A stretch of 33,726 nucleotides of DNA, from assembly GCA_021399345.1 (NCBI GenBank), contig JAAFKI010000069.1, positions 1 to 33,726 of the forward strand. The letters run 5' to 3'. Position numbers and translations under genes: made by a program. Under the pieces are notes generated by a model. The model was not told the DNA's origin, searched no databases, and saw only the letters and a list, made by a program, of their open reading frames with translations. This DNA is from Candidatus Heimdallarchaeota archaeon (GTDB lineage Archaea; Asgardarchaeota; Heimdallarchaeia; Heimdallarchaeales; Heimdallarchaeaceae). The first letter of the stretch is position 1. Each line of letters starts with the position of its first letter. Below, piece after piece: positions 17,819 to 28,451 of the stretch.

Positions 17819-19939
17819 ATGTCAAGTCAACGCTCATTAAAGGAAATAGTTGATATAATTTCAACTGAAACAAGTATGGGAAAAGAAGAAATTCATCAAC
17901 TTATCAATGATAAGATGGAAGAACTAGGGGAGTTTGTGACACAGCTTGGGGCTGTTCATATTGTAGCAAGGGAAATGGGTGTTGACCTATCTTCAGAACC
18001 TCCAATTCAGGTACAAACCACTTTAAGTATCAATCAATTAGTTCTGGAATTAAAAAATGTCAATCTAATTGGTCGTATTTATAGAATTTACAACCAACAT
18101 AATTTTAAGAAAAAAGATGGCACCGATGGAGTTTTGCAATCGGTTCTCATTGAGGATAAAACAGGTAAAATTCGCGTTGTGTTTTGGGATCAGAAAGTAG
18201 TTGAGTTACAAGACACTAACTGCAAAATAGGCGATCCAATAAGAATTTTAAATGGCTATACAAAAGCCGGACGGGATGAATCTGTAGAGGTACACTTAGG
18301 AATAAGAAGCCAAATTCAAATTAGACCCTCAGGTATTGATGATTCTGAATTACCTGCATTTGAATCTGAATTTTCTAAAATTAAGAATATTAGAGGAAAT
18401 GAGATTGATCTTTCCTTAATTGGTAAGGTAACTCAAAAAGATGACATCCTTGAATTTGAAAGGTCTGATGGTTCAAAAGGTAATAAACAAGGTTTAGTCC
18501 TTGGTGATGAAACCGGAGAGATTTATGTTAATTTCTGGAATGAAAAAGCTGATGAAGTTCAAGATATCGGTTTAGGGGACATTATTGAAGTTGTGAGATT
18601 AGCTTCAAAAGTAGGATTAAAGGGACACCTAGAATTGCATTCAAGCAAATATACAAATATTGTTAAGAGGGACAATTTGGCTGACATAATTGTGAAAAAA
18701 GGCTTTATTGGCTCAGGAACAGATATTGCTGCTCAATTATTACCAATAAATCAGATTACTGAATTAAGTTCTCTTATATCAACAAAAGGCTTGATAATTA
18801 ATGTAAATCCCTTACATGAATTTTCCAGAGAAAATGGATCTAAAGGTAAAGTAAGAGACATCAAAATTTCTGACAGCACAGGGATTATTCGTGTTGTTTT
18901 ATGGGATGATAAGACTCAACTAGTAAATGAAAATGACATAAACAAAATCATTTCTGTAATTAATGGTTTTACAAGAAAAGGAAGATATTCAGATATTGAG
19001 ATTCATTGCGGAAATCAAACACGAGTAGATGTCGAGAGCATAGATTCCAATTCAATTAGCCAATATCTATTAGATTTTACAAGCATTAAAGATGTCACTG
19101 ACGAAATGAAGGAAGCACACATACAAGGTATTGTAAGTGATTTAAGTCCAATTCAAGATATAAAAACCAAAGAAGATGAAATCATTCAACTAAGAAACTT
19201 AAGAGTTGAAGATCAATCAGGTACCATTCGCATTACTTGTTGGCGTGAAAATATAACTAAGATTTCTGATTTAAATATTGGTGATAGTGTTGAAATTTAT
19301 AATGCAGATGTTAAAGAAGACGCTGGTTATGGAACTGAATTGTTAATCAGTAAAAATTCAATTGTAAAAAAAGCATTAAATAATCCTTCTAATACTCAAG
19401 ACTTTGTATCTAGCTTAGAGGTTTCATCACTTGAAATTGACCTGGAAAAAATTAAAGATATAGAGGATATTGAAGAAGGAGATGAAGTTTCTATTCAAGC
19501 AACTGTAGTGAAACTCATAGAGAAACAATTTGTTTATCCATTATGTCCTGAATGTAAAAAGAAAATGAAAAAGGAAAATGATACTTACAACTGTGCAGTG
19601 CATGGAGATACTGATAAACCATTAAATCGTATTCTTTTTACTTTCGTTGCTAATGATGGAACAGGAAATATCAATGTACTATGCGCTGGTAAATTGGCTG
19701 AAATTGTTTTAGAACTGTCTGCTGACACTGCAGCAAGAATGGTGGAGGAAAATGAATCAGAAAAAGCGCCTTATTCCTTTTTGAAAGCTAATAATTTTGT
19801 TAACTCAGAATTGATAATAAGTGGCAAAGTAAATCAAAATCTTTATCTTAAAAGCTTAGAACTAATTGCTAAATCAATAGAGAAGGTTAAATATGCAGAA
19901 ACAACCAAAAACATGGTAAAGCAGATTTATACTGAATAG
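17819..19939 (+). CDS. rpa: Replication protein A large subunit (multiple OB folds plus Zn finger)
   Basis: Repeated DxTGxIRVVxW OB motifs (5 copies) and CPEC...CAVH Zn finger. Confidence 0.92.
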   Translation: MSSQRSLKEIVDIISTETSMGKEEIHQLINDKMEELGEFVTQLGAVHIVAREMGVDLSSEPPIQVQTTLSINQLVLELKNVNLIGRIYRIYNQHNFKKKDGTDGVLQSVLIEDKTGKIRVVFWDQKVVELQDTNCKIGDPIRILNGYTKAGRDESVEVHLGIRSQIQIRPSGIDDSELPAFESEFSKIKNIRGNEIDLSLIGKVTQKDDILEFERSDGSKGNKQGLVLGDETGEIYVNFWNEKADEVQDIGLGDIIEVVRLASKVGLKGHLELHSSKYTNIVKRDNLADIIVKKGFIGSGTDIAAQLLPINQITELSSLISTKGLIINVNPLHEFSRENGSKGKVRDIKISDSTGIIRVVLWDDKTQLVNENDINKIISVINGFTRKGRYSDIEIHCGNQTRVDVESIDSNSISQYLLDFTSIKDVTDEMKEAHIQGIVSDLSPIQDIKTKEDEIIQLRNLRVEDQSGTIRITCWRENITKISDLNIGDSVEIYNADVKEDAGYGTELLISKNSIVKKALNNPSNTQDFVSSLEVSSLEIDLEKIKDIEDIEEGDEVSIQATVVKLIEKQFVYPLCPECKKKMKKENDTYNCAVHGDTDKPLNRILFTFVANDGTGNINVLCAGKLAEIVLELSADTAARMVEENESEKAPYSFLKANNFVNSELIISGKVNQNLYLKSLELIAKSIEKVKYAETTKNMVKQIYTE

Positions 19940-20011
19940 AACCCCTTACCTTTTTTTGCATTTGGTCGAAAAGCTTATTAATAAACAAAATGCAACTTCA
20001 ACCGTGTTAGT

Positions 20012-20122
20012 ATGGATTTCACAATAATAAAAACCGTGATAATTATTGTAATTATAATTGCTGTCATTTTTGCACTGTTTTATCATGCATTTAGTGTAGG
20101 AAAAGAGGAAGAAACAACTTAA
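20012..20122 (+). CDS. 36-aa single-TM micro-protein MDFTIIKTVIIIVIIIAVIFALFYHAFSVGKEEETT, OST4-like candidate
   Basis: Not in the ORF track. Preceded ~30 bp upstream by BRE/TATA-like CGAAAAGCTTATTAATA (leaderless geometry); single TM ending in FYHA followed by a charged tail. Confidence 0.65.
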   Translation: MDFTIIKTVIIIVIIIAVIFALFYHAFSVGKEEETT

Positions 20123-20126
20123 ATGC

Positions 20127-23015
20127 TTAAATTTCTAGAACCATTCCTTTTTTCTTCTTGTAGATTTTAGTTACAGCAGTGATTGCACCAAGAAGTACCC
20201 CTGAACTTGATACTAATGGTACTACTACGTTTGTTATAGACCTTGTATTTGATACCTTGGTCCCCACCAGATCAAGCATCAGTGCACTTCCCTTTGTAAT
20301 TTGCAAATTTGTTGCATAAACGTAAATATCATTTACCTTTAATTCATACAAACTAGTTACATCATCCTGAACATTTGATATAAGCTTCCACTCATATTTC
20401 GAAGTAGAATAACTTTCATTAAAATAATATAATATGGAAACATCGGAATAGCTTCTAACCTCAGAATTAATAATGAAGTGTATTGAGATTATATCATCGT
20501 TCTCTTCTGTCGTAGCTAATAAACTAGGACCAATTGTAGTTATTTTCAATTTGTGGTCATCTATACTAGAATCTGCTTGAATATGCCAATAGAGCGCACC
20601 TGAATCCACATGAACAGGAATTTGTAAGGTATTTGTTTCAACATAAACATCTAAAAGTGGCACCATATCATCATTAATGTGATATACCCACCTATCATGT
20701 GTAGATGGATAAGTAATATCATATGTAAGCGTAATATTTTCTGTAATTATTACATCTTCATAGCCTTTTTCAGCCGTTATAAGTAAATTTTCTAGCACGA
20801 TTTGAAATGTCTTTATTACAATTGGTGTATAAGCTTTGAAAATTGAACAATTAATGTTGACAATAAGGAGATCTTGAGGTAAAGAAATTACATGTGTATA
20901 AAGCCCATATTCGTCAGTAACTCCAGTGTGAGCTTCATATTCATTGATTTCAATTGTGATTGGTACTAGACCAACCGGTGAATTATCGGAAGTTACATTG
21001 AAGTGCAAAAGAAAATCTGATGAAATCTCTGCATTTTCATACTCGAAATCTATATTTATTTCACTGTCATAAATCAAAACATTAACGGATTTTCGGATTG
21101 TTGCATGAGAAGAGGACTCAGCATGAATCTCCAATGTATAGTTATTTTCTGTCAGATAGAAAGAAGAAATTCTAAAAACATATTGACCTTCTATTATGAA
21201 ACTAGGAATAACTTCATTATCCAAAATTCCATTAATGGTAGCATTTTCAATTTCCACTAAATGATTAAGGCTGAGATAAGACACACTTATTTCTTTCAAC
21301 GCATATTTTGGAATATTAATTTCTTGTTCAACTATTAATTCCGAAGCTTCTCTCATTAGAGTTACAGTGGCATTTTCATACCCTATTAGATTGTTTTCGA
21401 TTACAAGGAACGTTATCTCAACACTTCCACATGTGATCCCTGGTGGAAAGGTAAATTCTAATTCATCATTTACTAACTCACCTATTGCACTTCCATTTTC
21501 AGCACCAACCCAGAAAAGCTCAATTAAGTTATTTTGAAGTGTTTCTCTAAAGATAAATGTGGCATTTAGAGTTTCGAAAATAGTTAAATTTTCAATACTT
21601 GTAGACTCTATTTGGTTCGGTAGAATAAACTGAAAATTAATATCATAGATTCCAGCTTTTCTTGCTAAAGAAAGATTCCAATATCCTCCCCCTATATCGA
21701 CATCACTCAAAATATCTGCACCCTGTAGACTTCCTGTCAGCAACCAATTATTGGGATACGAAAAATTGACTGGGTTTACAAGTAGTGAAAGATTACTAAT
21801 TGAAATAGAAAGTATAATAGATATTTCATTTTGCAAAGAGATTTGTTTTTCATACTGTATGGATACTACACCTGACGCTCTTACTGTGAAATTAGCACTT
21901 ATTTTATAATTTGAATTGTGATACCAACCTAAATTATATTCATAGGGTGCTATCCCCTCAAATAAGATATCTGCATTAAAATTCCCTTCCCCCATGTTTG
22001 CTGAACTTATCTGTATGTCATTTAATCTTAGATCAATATCTGAAGGTGTTAATGAGGTTTCGAGTTTTAGATCATCAAATAGAACTGTACAATCCGAAAC
22101 CTCAGGAGATATCACATAAATTCCAAATGATTTTAGCATTGTGGGTATCAAAGGATTCTCTTCAGAAAAAAGATCACTCATATAAAGCGTATAATCGTTC
22201 CATTGATTGTCCCAGCTACTGTTCTGTAATAACCTATATACTATGAATGGCGATGTTGTATTATCTCCAATTGATGGTGGTTCCACATTTGTGTAGTGCC
22301 AATGAATCACCATAATACGACAAGTATCAAAAACAAAATCAAAAATTAAAGATGAATTTAACACATACTGTAAGCTTGAGTTTGATGCTAGAAGATAATT
22401 ATAAGATATTTTTGTATTAGTATTGTATAAGTTTATGTCTTTTTGATTAAGTGCATACATTATGGATTCAGAATTGTAAGAATAGAATTTCCATACATAC
22501 TCCCCATCCCAGCTTCCGGAATAATGCAATCTTTCAACTTCTACTCCAGCTTTAATAGCACCTTCTGAATAGAATTCTTGACTATCCTCCGCCCCTGGAT
22601 TATTGATGTATTGAGCTTGTAGATCAGTAATATTTCCTTCTAGTGAATATTGTCCATTGCTAGGTAAGAAAATACTTGAGTTTTCATCTTCAAAATTTCC
22701 TTCTAAGGATTCCCCTACATAATTTCCCGTCAAACTTATATTTGGACTGAAACCATTTAACGCATCCTCTATTGAATTTTCCTCATTGCTTGCCGATATT
22801 TCCTCATCTAGCACAGCTTGACTATTTCTTAGAAACCCAGAACTATCAGTGATTTCAATTCCTTTCTTTCCCTCTTCTTCATTTAGATCTTCTATGATTT
22901 CATTGCCATTAATATCAACAATAGACGTGGAATCATTACTATCAACTAAAGGAGATTTAAGAAATATTAGCATATAGAGTAAAAATATTACTGGAATTAT
23001 TTTTTTGAGTCTCAT
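20127..23015 (-). CDS. Large acidic cell-surface glycoprotein-like protein, C-terminally membrane-anchored
   Basis: N-terminal signal peptide, beta-rich acidic body with many N-x-S/T sequons, C-terminal TM followed by KIYKKKK. Confidence 0.75.
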   Translation of the reverse strand: MRLKKIIPVIFLLYMLIFLKSPLVDSNDSTSIVDINGNEIIEDLNEEEGKKGIEITDSSGFLRNSQAVLDEEISASNEENSIEDALNGFSPNISLTGNYVGESLEGNFEDENSSIFLPSNGQYSLEGNITDLQAQYINNPGAEDSQEFYSEGAIKAGVEVERLHYSGSWDGEYVWKFYSYNSESIMYALNQKDINLYNTNTKISYNYLLASNSSLQYVLNSSLIFDFVFDTCRIMVIHWHYTNVEPPSIGDNTTSPFIVYRLLQNSSWDNQWNDYTLYMSDLFSEENPLIPTMLKSFGIYVISPEVSDCTVLFDDLKLETSLTPSDIDLRLNDIQISSANMGEGNFNADILFEGIAPYEYNLGWYHNSNYKISANFTVRASGVVSIQYEKQISLQNEISIILSISISNLSLLVNPVNFSYPNNWLLTGSLQGADILSDVDIGGGYWNLSLARKAGIYDINFQFILPNQIESTSIENLTIFETLNATFIFRETLQNNLIELFWVGAENGSAIGELVNDELEFTFPPGITCGSVEITFLVIENNLIGYENATVTLMREASELIVEQEINIPKYALKEISVSYLSLNHLVEIENATINGILDNEVIPSFIIEGQYVFRISSFYLTENNYTLEIHAESSSHATIRKSVNVLIYDSEINIDFEYENAEISSDFLLHFNVTSDNSPVGLVPITIEINEYEAHTGVTDEYGLYTHVISLPQDLLIVNINCSIFKAYTPIVIKTFQIVLENLLITAEKGYEDVIITENITLTYDITYPSTHDRWVYHINDDMVPLLDVYVETNTLQIPVHVDSGALYWHIQADSSIDDHKLKITTIGPSLLATTEENDDIISIHFIINSEVRSYSDVSILYYFNESYSTSKYEWKLISNVQDDVTSLYELKVNDIYVYATNLQITKGSALMLDLVGTKVSNTRSITNVVVPLVSSSGVLLGAITAVTKIYKKKKGMVLEI

Positions 23016-23352
23016 TCTAATCTTATATACTAACTATATTTTAAAAACAGCACAATTTTCAATGGGTTTGAGTAACCTAAAACATACTCTTTTTGTATTT
23101 GGAGATTTCATTCTCACTTCTTGTCTATTTTTTTATATCTTATATTAGTTTCATTTGGGTAAAAAGGTGTTTAAGCACACAAGAATGCTTTTTTCCTGAG
23201 GACTGAATACTTTCAACCCTCTGCCCCTTCTTTCTTTTGAAGTCAGACAAAAACACCAAACATAGCATTGAATTGTACATAAAATAGTTCATAGCTTCAT
23301 TTCAATCTTAACAATTTTGAATAGTTTCGGAAAGGTTATTTTTCTGAGTAAA

Positions 23353-24384
23353 ATGGAAAGCTGCTTGTGTGATGAATGCGGTTCTAGGATTATTCAAGAA
23401 AATGGCCTCAACGTGTGCCAAAAATGTGGTCTTGTACATGATTCCGTTCTTGAATCATCTTCCTTTCAACTGGGTACAGTGTCTCGGGATGGAACCCGAA
23501 GAAATCAACAGTATACATCAATTAATAATAATCTAGCCGTTGTAAGTTCTTTGGGTTCTTCGATTGGTTCAGTTGAGGAGTACATGTTTAGAGATGCTAA
23601 TGGATCTCTATTAGACGAAACAAATCAGTATAAATTTCGAAAGTTCAAAAATTATTATCATATTCCAGGAGCTATAAAAGGGAAGGAAACGGATTTTAGA
23701 ACGATTAAAATTTTAAATGAGGTGTTTTCACGACTTCAAGTTCCTACTAAGATAAGAGATCGAACACTCTTTCTTTATCATAAATATAAGTCTGAACATA
23801 AGAAGAAAATAACAAACCATGTTCTTTTATCTGCAATGACTTTACTTCTAAGTGTTCGTGAATGTGGGCATATTTGTCCTCTCACCTTAAAAGAGATTGT
23901 TGGAACTTATAGAGAACTAGGGCATAGAGTTCTTGGTAAAAATTTACTAAGTCTCATGCAAGATTTGAATATTAAGCCCTCTGTAAGTGGAATTAGGAGA
24001 AGTGAAGACTATGTTTTTAGAATTTGTTCTTTAATTTGTCGTTCTGAAGCAATAAAGGAAAGAATTGAGAAAAAATATTCAATAGATGTTTATGTTTATG
24101 AAAAAATACTTCAACTTCTTTGCTTAAAAATACTTGAAAGAATCCCTTATCCTGATCGTGGAGGAAGAAGACCTTATCCTCTTTCTGCTGCCTCAGCTTA
24201 TGTGGCTGATAAACTCCTATCACGAAAGATAAAACATTCTTCTGCTTTAACCCAGAAGTTGGTTGCACAATCTGCGAATGTTGCTGAATTCACAATTCGG
24301 GATCATGCGGAGTTCATGTTTTCCTATGATTATGAGGATATAATCACAGAGATTAGTGAAAGATTATCCTCTAGTTTCGAATAA
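23353..24384 (+). CDS. tfb: Transcription initiation factor B (TFIIB/TFB) paralog, divergent
   Basis: Zn ribbon CDEC...CQKCG, two cyclin folds, GRRPYPLSAASAY, C-terminal HTH TQKLVAQSANVAEFTIR. ATG 23353 preferred over TTG 23317. Confidence 0.85.
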   Translation: MESCLCDECGSRIIQENGLNVCQKCGLVHDSVLESSSFQLGTVSRDGTRRNQQYTSINNNLAVVSSLGSSIGSVEEYMFRDANGSLLDETNQYKFRKFKNYYHIPGAIKGKETDFRTIKILNEVFSRLQVPTKIRDRTLFLYHKYKSEHKKKITNHVLLSAMTLLLSVRECGHICPLTLKEIVGTYRELGHRVLGKNLLSLMQDLNIKPSVSGIRRSEDYVFRICSLICRSEAIKERIEKKYSIDVYVYEKILQLLCLKILERIPYPDRGGRRPYPLSAASAYVADKLLSRKIKHSSALTQKLVAQSANVAEFTIRDHAEFMFSYDYEDIITEISERLSSSFE

Positions 24385-24431
24385 TTTCAAGAAATATCTA
24401 CAGAAATAACTAGGATATTGAAGTCTTCTTT

Positions 24432-25061
24432 CTAAATAGGGATAAGATTTAGTATGAAAAATCTGACCCCTACTACTATTGCTGAATGCAACAAAATCAC
24501 AGGAACAAGCCTGAGCTTTATTCCTTCTTCATTACCCATTTTAAGTAGATAGTAATTGTTTAGTAAATTTATGATAAGGAATGATACAGATAATATTGAC
24601 CAAATAGAAAAAGAACTAGTAAATTCCCCTGTGCTAATAAAACTATATAGATTTGAGAATATAGGAGAAAAACCCGCAATCATTGCAATAGTAAACATAG
24701 TTACATAACGTATAATTTTTAGTCTTCTTCTATGAATTTTCAAAGATGATTCCTTTTCTTTAAGAACCTCTTCACGCATTCTAATTAATTTAGATGTAGT
24801 TTTCACTCGTTCAAGAATTTCCGTTTCATCTGCGTAGTCAACAGAGGAAAAGAGATTTTTTAAAGCAGGATAACTGAAATCAATGGAAGAAATTATTTCT
24901 AGTAAATTTTCTCCTAATTGCAATCTAGTAAGAATTTCTTTTGGTACATTTTCTGATAGAAAAAAAGATCTTTCTAGATTTTCACCATTTTCAAGTTTTA
25001 AAGCAATATTGTTGAGAAAGTTAAAGTCTGTGCAATTTAATCTTATCATATCAATCACCAA
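24432..25061 (-). CDS. TadB/TadC (T2SS F-domain)-like membrane platform protein
   Basis: LENGENLERSF F-domain-like start and three C-terminal TM segments; in an operon with the secretion ATPase. Confidence 0.6.
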   Translation of the reverse strand: MVIDMIRLNCTDFNFLNNIALKLENGENLERSFFLSENVPKEILTRLQLGENLLEIISSIDFSYPALKNLFSSVDYADETEILERVKTTSKLIRMREEVLKEKESSLKIHRRRLKIIRYVTMFTIAMIAGFSPIFSNLYSFISTGEFTSSFSIWSILSVSFLIINLLNNYYLLKMGNEEGIKLRLVPVILLHSAIVVGVRFFILNLIPI

Positions 25062-25854
25062 TATTCTTATTGTTCATGAAACGAAGAATTAGGGTTCCAA
25101 AGACTGCATAGAGAAGAGGAAAAATGAATATTGTAGGAGAGTTTGATGGTAACAAGAATGATAGAACCATACTTAGCACTAGTGGTAATAGACAAGAAAC
25201 CGCGATAAAAATTACTATATTATCTTCTATTAATTTGATTCCTTTTCTTACATATAATATAAATTCTGGATCAGATTCAATGAAAGCATTTTCGTTCTTT
25301 ATGTTTTGGAATGATGTTTCATACTGTTTATTCAAGAAAATTTTTCCACCATTATTAATTATCTCATCTTCATTTTCCCCTAGATTCAAATTGTAAAGCA
25401 TATCTTGAAAATATTTAGTATAATATTTGTCTTTGATTCCCTTAGTTAGTAGAAGCTCAACAGAGTGTGGAAAGGATTGAGTTGCAACCATATTGATTGA
25501 CAACGAATTAATTATTAGAAAAGCTGTTTCCTCAAATTTTTGATGACGGTTTAGTATTTTAGTGCGAATATAATCACTTAACACAAAAAGAAATGATATA
25601 CTCGCTATTGAGCTGATAAGTAAAGCAATTGGAACATTAATTAGAGTAACATAGTGGAAAAGCACAAACGAAATTACAAAAAACAATAAAGATGAATTTC
25701 CAATTAACCTTATGTTCCTATAATCCTTCTCAGAAATAAAGAATTTGGAATGTTTCTCAACTTTTCCTAGAGCCAATCTATATAATATTGCCTTTGGAAA
25801 AATGCTGAACTGAGTAACTTTGGAACTGGATTTACCATAATTTATTGTTTTCAT
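25051..25854 (-). CDS. TadB/TadC (T2SS F-domain)-like membrane platform protein
   Basis: 2 TM + cytoplasmic domain (LNLGEN) + 2 TM; overlaps the ATPase stop codon by 4 bp. Confidence 0.6.
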   Translation of the reverse strand: MKTINYGKSSSKVTQFSIFPKAILYRLALGKVEKHSKFFISEKDYRNIRLIGNSSLLFFVISFVLFHYVTLINVPIALLISSIASISFLFVLSDYIRTKILNRHQKFEETAFLIINSLSINMVATQSFPHSVELLLTKGIKDKYYTKYFQDMLYNLNLGENEDEIINNGGKIFLNKQYETSFQNIKNENAFIESDPEFILYVRKGIKLIEDNIVIFIAVSCLLPLVLSMVLSFLLPSNSPTIFIFPLLYAVFGTLILRFMNNKNIGD

Positions 25855-27314
25855 AAATAATCTTTCTCACTTTTATTTGAGTCATTATTTTCAAGCTTTA
25901 ATTCCCATTTCTCTGCTTGCATGCTTCTGAAAAAATGATTTCTCTCTAGAATTGAATTAATTTTATTACTTAACCTTGATTTGTTTTTTATTATTTGAAA
26001 CATTTGATTTTCATTCATATCTTCATCATATACTTTAGTTAAGAAACCATAATCATTTTCTTTGCTAACGTTGTTTGGATTTACTTCATAGACATCAACT
26101 ATCTTTCGAATGAAAGTGCTTTTTGTTATTTCCCTCCTCATTATTATGATAATATCCAAAGAAAGAAAGTCTGAACGAGCAATTTTGTGAAGATTTTCCC
26201 ACCTTCTAAGGATTTTTTCAACTGAATCTGAATGGGCTGTTTGTATTCCTTTCAAACCAGCATTAAGAGCTTCAAACATTGCTTGAGTGTGTTCCCTAGA
26301 TTGAATTTCTCCTAAATATATCCAATCTGGAGATCTGTGTAACAATTTTAAGATTTCAGCTGTCTTGGTATGGTTACTTTTGTTTGATTCAAAAGAATCT
26401 ACTTGAATAGATAGATGCTTAAAACCCATTGATGCTTGGTTAGTTGATTCTATTGCATCCTCAATTGCTATTTTTCTCCAATGCTTAGGCGTGTATAAAT
26501 CAATAGCATTTGCCAAGGTTGTTTTTCCCGCATTAGGTTCGCCTATAATGGTGATATTTTGTCTGTTGATTACAGCCTCCACTAAGTAAGATCCTAAAGA
26601 TGTAGGTAAAGTATTGAGATTGATTAAATCTAATAACTCGAGTGGTTTTCTTTTTAGTTTTCTAATATTAAAGGTGGGTCCATTTGGTGAAAGAGGGGGA
26701 AAGTCCATTGAAATACGTGAATGAAACCCTTGTGTTTGAAATTCAATTTTCAATGATGGTTTCTTAGCCGAAACAGTAATTGGGTGTTCAAGCTTGATTC
26801 TAGTTATTAGTGCTTCCAACTCCTCCTCCTCAAGGATTACTTTAGTGTTACACCTTCCAAAGGTCTGATGATCTAAGTACAAGGCAGATCCTTTTTGATC
26901 CATATAAATTTCATTTACATAATGATCTAATAAAGCAGGAATTAATCTGTCTAATTTGATTAACCTGTAAATAAAAAGTTCTGTAAATTCTTCAGGATCT
27001 ATTTCAAGCCCATCTATTTCTAAAACCTTCCACATACACACTGATTTAATTGTATCAACTAGATTATCGAATCTTAGAATCTCTTTTCCAAGTCTGTCCT
27101 TATTTTTATTGACTAAAGCGGACAATTCTGCAAATAATAATGGATCTTTTTGAAAGGCAAACAATGGTTTTGCTGTATAGTAGACTGTTCCATCTTCCTC
27201 ATGAATAATAATTTTGAATCCTTGTATGGTATATTCACTGATAACCTTTTTTTCAGCATGTTTTCCTTGTTGTACACTATTACAACTAGTCATCTTTATC
27301 AGCTTCTTTTTCAA
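25851..27314 (-). CDS. Type II/IV secretion system ATPase (VirB11/TadA/FlaI family)
   Basis: GPTFNIRK, Walker A GEPNAGKTT, IEDAIE Asp box, LLHRSPDWIYLGEI Walker B, QTAHS His box. Confidence 0.9.
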   Translation of the reverse strand: MKKKLIKMTSCNSVQQGKHAEKKVISEYTIQGFKIIIHEEDGTVYYTAKPLFAFQKDPLLFAELSALVNKNKDRLGKEILRFDNLVDTIKSVCMWKVLEIDGLEIDPEEFTELFIYRLIKLDRLIPALLDHYVNEIYMDQKGSALYLDHQTFGRCNTKVILEEEELEALITRIKLEHPITVSAKKPSLKIEFQTQGFHSRISMDFPPLSPNGPTFNIRKLKRKPLELLDLINLNTLPTSLGSYLVEAVINRQNITIIGEPNAGKTTLANAIDLYTPKHWRKIAIEDAIESTNQASMGFKHLSIQVDSFESNKSNHTKTAEILKLLHRSPDWIYLGEIQSREHTQAMFEALNAGLKGIQTAHSDSVEKILRRWENLHKIARSDFLSLDIIIIMRREITKSTFIRKIVDVYEVNPNNVSKENDYGFLTKVYDEDMNENQMFQIIKNKSRLSNKINSILERNHFFRSMQAEKWELKLENNDSNKSEKDYL

Positions 27315-27452
27315 TTGCTATTCTAGTATTTAGTATATCAACACCACTTTTTTTCTTGATATTTCAAATCTGATTCTTAGAAATAACCTTTTTTACCAAA
27401 CTTCTGGTAATAGATTTAAATAGAAAAAACTTTTAGTTGATAGTGTGGAAAA

Positions 27453-28430
27453 ATGGCAGATAATTACGACATAATGTGGACTGAAAAATATAGACCAAAA
27501 AATCTAAACGAACTCAAAGGTCATGAAGACATTGTTTTGCGGTTAAAAGGCTTTGTTGAAAGGGGAAATCTTCCACATCTTCTTTTTGCTGGTCCTCCAG
27601 GTACAGGTAAAACAACAGCTTTACTTGCTTTAGCTAATGACTTATTTGGATCCAGTAATGTGTCTAGAAACCTTTTAGAGTTAAATGCATCAGATGATCG
27701 TGGAATTGATGCAATTCGTAATAAGGTCAAAGAATTTGCAAGGACTGCATCATATGGCGGTGTTCCATTCAAAATTGTTTGTTTAGATGAAGCTGACAGC
27801 TTAACATCAGCAGCACAGCATGCTTTGAGACGTACTATGGAAAGATATGTAAAAACTAGCAGATTTGCTCTAATCTGTAACTATTCAAGCAAATTAATTG
27901 AACCTATCCAATCTAGATGTGCGATTTTTCGTTTTAGACCACTAGATGAAGTAAGCATGAAGGAATTTCTGACTCAAATATGTGATAAGGAAGGTTTAGT
28001 TTATGATGCCGAGGGTATTGAAACTGTGCTCTATATTTCAGAAGGTGATTTGAGGAAAGCCATTAACATTTTACAATCAACCGTTGCTTCAGGTAAATCC
28101 GTTGAAAGGTTAACCGTTCTTCAAACAGTAGGCCATGCAGACCCTGAAAAAATTCGTGAAATGCTTAAATTTGCTCTCAAAGGCGATTTTAATAAAGCAA
28201 GAGATATTCTTCAACATTTGATTCTTGAATATGGCCTCTCTGGAACTGATGTAACCTATCAGATTTACAGAGAAATTCCGTCCTTAACTTTACCAGATTT
28301 AAAAAAATTGGTGTTAAATGAATACTTAGCAGAGGTTGATTTTCGAATATCTGAAGGCGCTTCAAGTAACATTCAACTTAGTGCATTTTTAGCAAAACTA
28401 GTCAAAGAAAGTGGTTCAAAAGATTCCTGA
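27453..28430 (+). CDS. rfcS: Replication factor C small subunit
   Basis: WTEKYRP, GPPGTGKT, ELNASDDRG, LDEAD, ALRRTME, IQSRC; no intein. Confidence 0.97.
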   Translation: MADNYDIMWTEKYRPKNLNELKGHEDIVLRLKGFVERGNLPHLLFAGPPGTGKTTALLALANDLFGSSNVSRNLLELNASDDRGIDAIRNKVKEFARTASYGGVPFKIVCLDEADSLTSAAQHALRRTMERYVKTSRFALICNYSSKLIEPIQSRCAIFRFRPLDEVSMKEFLTQICDKEGLVYDAEGIETVLYISEGDLRKAINILQSTVASGKSVERLTVLQTVGHADPEKIREMLKFALKGDFNKARDILQHLILEYGLSGTDVTYQIYREIPSLTLPDLKKLVLNEYLAEVDFRISEGASSNIQLSAFLAKLVKESGSKDS

Positions 28431-28451
28431 ATTCTTTCTACTTTTTCTTCC

